In this document: in pieces, positions 61,237 to 64,000 of the stretch
Position numbering within the stretch: position 1 is the stretch's first letter
How the letters are laid out: the number at the start of each line of letters is the position of its first letter
Assembly (NCBI GenBank): GCA_964355925.1
Contig: CAYHFN010000011.1
Location: 9,986-73,985 of the forward strand
Length of the DNA stretch: 64,000 bases
Reading direction: 5' to 3'
DNA from: an uncultured Chitinophagaceae bacterium
GTDB taxonomy: Bacteria > Bacteroidota > Ignavibacteria > UBA10030 > UBA8401
Translations under genes and position numbers: made by a program
Notes under the pieces: generated by a model
Told to the model about the DNA's origin: nothing
Database searches by the model: none
Seen by the model: the letters and a program-made list of their open reading frames with translations, nothing else

Positions 61237-62013
61237 TCATTTCTTCGGTTTCTTTGCCAGCGCCGGTTTCGTCACACTCATTAGATCATGTGCAGCGGGA
61301 ACTTCAAACGCTATCTTTTCTATCATCTCCGCAGATTCTTCACTTTTGTTCGTGACAGGAAACGCCATCATCCTTTCTGCGGGATATGGAACAAGAAATG
61401 TTTTCAAAAATTCAATATCGTTTATCCCTCTGTCTAACCAAACATTGTAATCTTTTTGCTGAAGAATGACCGGCATTCGTTCATGTATATCGGAGACCAA
61501 TTCGTTTGCCGATACAGTGACGATGGTATAGGTCGGAAATTCTTCTCCGTTTTCTTTCTTCCAGACGGAGAATAATCCCGCCATCATAAACGGTGAACAG
61601 TCTTTCATGCTGATGAACATCTTTTGTTTCTGTTCAGCAATTTTGTGCTTTCCCTTAACCATTGTTTCAACCGTATATTTTTTCCACTCATAAAATCCAT
61701 CGGCGGGAACAAGGCATCGAGCACTCTTAAAATATGGTGCGTATAGTTTGCTTGCATCTAATGTTTCGGCTTTTGCGTTGAACGTGGAGAATTCCGATTT
61801 TCCATCTTTGCTCCAATGCGGCACTAAACCCCACCGCATTAGCAGCACTTGATATTTATTTTCTCGTTGCGCAACGATCGGCATAAGATTGGTCGGACGA
61901 GCATCGTATTTTGGAAGAACATCAAACTCTCTTCCCTCATTGCGCCACGTTTGTAGCTGCGCCGAAACAGCAAACAATACTCTTCCATCGATAAGAACAT
62001 AACGACCACACAT
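61237..62013 (-). CDS. SOS-response-associated peptidase (SRAP; YedK/HMCES family abasic-site processing protein)
   Basis: 258 aa starting MCGRY, with the catalytic Cys2. The conserved RWGLVPHW and ADGFYEW motifs are present. Confidence 0.9.
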   Translation of the reverse strand: MCGRYVLIDGRVLFAVSAQLQTWRNEGREFDVLPKYDARPTNLMPIVAQRENKYQVLLMRWGLVPHWSKDGKSEFSTFNAKAETLDASKLYAPYFKSARCLVPADGFYEWKKYTVETMVKGKHKIAEQKQKMFISMKDCSPFMMAGLFSVWKKENGEEFPTYTIVTVSANELVSDIHERMPVILQQKDYNVWLDRGINDIEFLKTFLVPYPAERMMAFPVTNKSEESAEMIEKIAFEVPAAHDLMSVTKPALAKKPKK

Positions 62014-62044
62014 AGCACCAATCTTTAATTAAATAAAAGTGTAA

Positions 62045-63103
62045 TTATCGTTGAATCAATGGTTCCTGCTGACTGATACAGTGCAGCGTGCCTAATCCCC
62101 AAACAAGATCAATGCAGTCAATCCCAATCACCGCGCGATCTGGGAATTGCGATTGAATAATTGTAAGCGCCTTTAGATCGTTAGGCTGATTGAAGACCGG
62201 AACAATCACAAATCCGTTGCCGATCAGAAAGTTCGCATAACTTGCGGGCAAACGTTGTCCATCGTATGCAACATATCCGGGCATCGGCAGTTCGATAATT
62301 TTAAATGGGTTATTATCTTGATCAGTAAGCGTGTTAAGAAGTTTCAAATTCTCTTGAAGAATATTGTAATTCTCATCCTGCGGATCTTCTTCAACACATG
62401 TAACGATCGTTGTCGGATTGACGAAACGTGAAAGATCGTCGATATGTCCATCCGTATCATCGCCGACAATGCCGTCATTCAGCCAAAGAATTTTTTCCTG
62501 ACCGTAATATTCTTTTAAATATGTTTCGATCTGTTCTTGATTGAGGTGAGGATTTCTATTTTTATTGAGCAGACATGCTTTTGTTGTAAGCAGACAACCT
62601 TTGCCGTTAACCTCAATGGATCCGCCCTCCATCACAATTCCCGGATAAAAAACAGGAACGCTATATTGCTCTGCTATCTTTGTCGGCACAACATCATCCA
62701 GATCGAACGGCGGATATTTGTTTCCCCACGCATTGTATCCCCAATCCACAATGGCGAGCCTCTCTTTCGCGTTCGCATTAACCACAAATGCCGGACCATG
62801 ATCCCTGCACCATGCATCATTCGTTGGGATTTTATATAATGCAAACTGATCTTCCTGCACACCCGCAAGCAGCAATCGAGATTTTACATCCTCGAACATC
62901 TCATCATCTTTTACGTTGATATTCACTTTTTGGAATTGTGCTATCGTACGTACAATGTTAGTATAGATATACGGTACCGGTTCGAATTTATCCGGCCACG
63001 ATTCCAGTTTGTGCGCCCACGAAAGCCATGTTGCACTCTGGGGTTCCCATTCTGCAGGAAATCTATAGCCAAGTTGTTTTGGTGTTTTTATCTCAATTAT
63101 CAT
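62045..63103 (-). CDS. aguA: Agmatine deiminase (porphyranase-like PAD family)
   Basis: 352 aa. AWCRDHGP matches the W.RD.GP motif. The C-terminal catalytic Cys lies in GTLHCISQQEP. Confidence 0.85.
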   Translation of the reverse strand: MIIEIKTPKQLGYRFPAEWEPQSATWLSWAHKLESWPDKFEPVPYIYTNIVRTIAQFQKVNINVKDDEMFEDVKSRLLLAGVQEDQFALYKIPTNDAWCRDHGPAFVVNANAKERLAIVDWGYNAWGNKYPPFDLDDVVPTKIAEQYSVPVFYPGIVMEGGSIEVNGKGCLLTTKACLLNKNRNPHLNQEQIETYLKEYYGQEKILWLNDGIVGDDTDGHIDDLSRFVNPTTIVTCVEEDPQDENYNILQENLKLLNTLTDQDNNPFKIIELPMPGYVAYDGQRLPASYANFLIGNGFVIVPVFNQPNDLKALTIIQSQFPDRAVIGIDCIDLVWGLGTLHCISQQEPLIQR

Positions 63104-63127
63104 TGACCATTTACCAATAATCAGTTA

Positions 63128-63490
63128 TTATTTGTCGTTAATTCGGGTTGTTTTTAAGATCGCAAAGAGAATTTTAGATAGCTCATCGCAATCATTATAA
63201 AGACTATCAAATAATTTTTTTTCAATAAAATTGGTTTCGTGAAGCAAGGAAAGCCAATATTTTGTTTCTAAAGACTCTTTGTACGAAATAGAAATTTTTG
63301 CTGAAAAATCATGGTTTGAAATTGCACCGTTTGCTTCTGCAACATTTGCTCCTATTGATGTTCCGCTTTTCAAAATTTGTTTTGAAAGAACAAAATCTTT
63401 TTTTTCTTGACTAAGGTATTGATATAATTTCACGATCCTTTTTGAAAACGTGAACGACTTCTTTGCGAGAACATTTTCTTTCCTATTCAT
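63128..63490 (-). CDS. Four-helix-bundle protein (TIGR02436-like)
   Basis: 120 aa, all-helical pattern (SKQILKSGTSIGANVAEANGA ... KYWLSLL) typical of the family. Confidence 0.6.
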   Translation of the reverse strand: MNRKENVLAKKSFTFSKRIVKLYQYLSQEKKDFVLSKQILKSGTSIGANVAEANGAISNHDFSAKISISYKESLETKYWLSLLHETNFIEKKLFDSLYNDCDELSKILFAILKTTRINDK

Positions 63491-63529
63491 TGTTTTTTGG
63501 TAATTGGTTATTGTTAACTGATAATTGTA

Positions 63530-64000
63530 TTAATCAATAAATCGTTTTGTGATATCACCATATGCATCGATTCTTCTATCGCGGAGGAATGGCCAATGCA
63601 TTCGTACAGTATCGGCTTTTGCAAGATCGATCGGAACAACATTCACTTCTTCTTTGTCGTGTGATGCTTTGAAAAGAATTTCTCCTTGGTTTCCCGCAAT
63701 GAACGAACCGCCCCAGAAAGTTTGATTTCCTTCATGTCCGACTCGATTCACGGATACAACTGGAATTCCATTCGCAATTGCGTGGGAACGCTGAATCGTT
63801 TCCCAGGCATCATGCTGCTTTTTATTTATGGATGGATCCTCACCATCCGCCCAGCCGATTGCTGTTGGGTAGAATAAAATTTCTGCGCCGGCTAATGCTG
63901 TCAGCCGAGCTGCTTCCGGATACCATTGATCCCAGCAGATAAGTACGCCGAGCTTTCCAAACTTTGTATTGAACGATCTGAATCCGAGATCTCCCGGAGT
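63530..64000 (-). CDS. aguB: N-carbamoylputrescine amidase (carbon-nitrogen hydrolase family), 3' portion. The gene continues beyond the window.
   Basis: The reading frame is open from the window edge. Its translation is ...WADGEDPSINKKQHDAWETIQRSHAIANGIPVVSVNRVGHEGNQTFWGGSFIAGNQGE..., which matches the nitrilase-superfamily C-terminal region. The track lists only the last 73 aa because no start codon lies inside the window. Confidence 0.75.
   Translation of the reverse strand, partial: TPGDLGFRSFNTKFGKLGVLICWDQWYPEAARLTALAGAEILFYPTAIGWADGEDPSINKKQHDAWETIQRSHAIANGIPVVSVNRVGHEGNQTFWGGSFIAGNQGEILFKASHDKEEVNVVPIDLAKADTVRMHWPFLRDRRIDAYGDITKRFID

Overview
This is about 64 kb of a bacterial chromosome covering the replication-origin region. 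On the minus strand it carries gyrB, a DUF721/DciA-like gene, recF, dnaN and dnaA. A DnaA-box cluster follows, then the conserved rpmH-rnpA-yidD-yidC block on the plus strand. A T9SS (Por) C-terminal sorting domain, an SGL beta-propeller protein, a SIMPL protein, a four-helix-bundle protein, a DUF1569 protein and AT-rich codon usage point to a Bacteroidota/Ignavibacteriota-like (FCB-group) organism. That assignment is an inference. The remainder is housekeeping and accessory genes. These include ilvD, a cold-shock protein and a DEAD-box RNA helicase. There is a cluster of two glycosyltransferases and a methyltransferase. There is an RND efflux pair and a MacAB-like ABC exporter operon that has an embedded T9SS-sorted C39-like peptidase. 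A tightly coupled operon runs amylase, HGSNAT-like acyltransferase, DUF3267 zincin, TauE/SafE and a secreted nuclease, and it is followed by a second, larger, repeat-decorated secreted nuclease. The window also has a block of small stress/detox-type genes, an OsmC/MsrA oxidative-stress neighbourhood, an SRAP (YedK-like) gene and an agmatine deiminase / N-carbamoylputrescine amidase pair. Seen by eye, there is no rRNA, tRNA, CRISPR array, transposase, integrase or prophage gene. The most unusual items are three. One is an orphan 916-aa SF1-helicase-fold protein whose catalytic motifs are degenerate. Another is the secreted-nuclease operon. The last is a perfect 15-bp inverted-repeat element whose core 13-mer recurs about 20 kb away. 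All calls rest on motif recognition by eye in the supplied translations. No database search was run.
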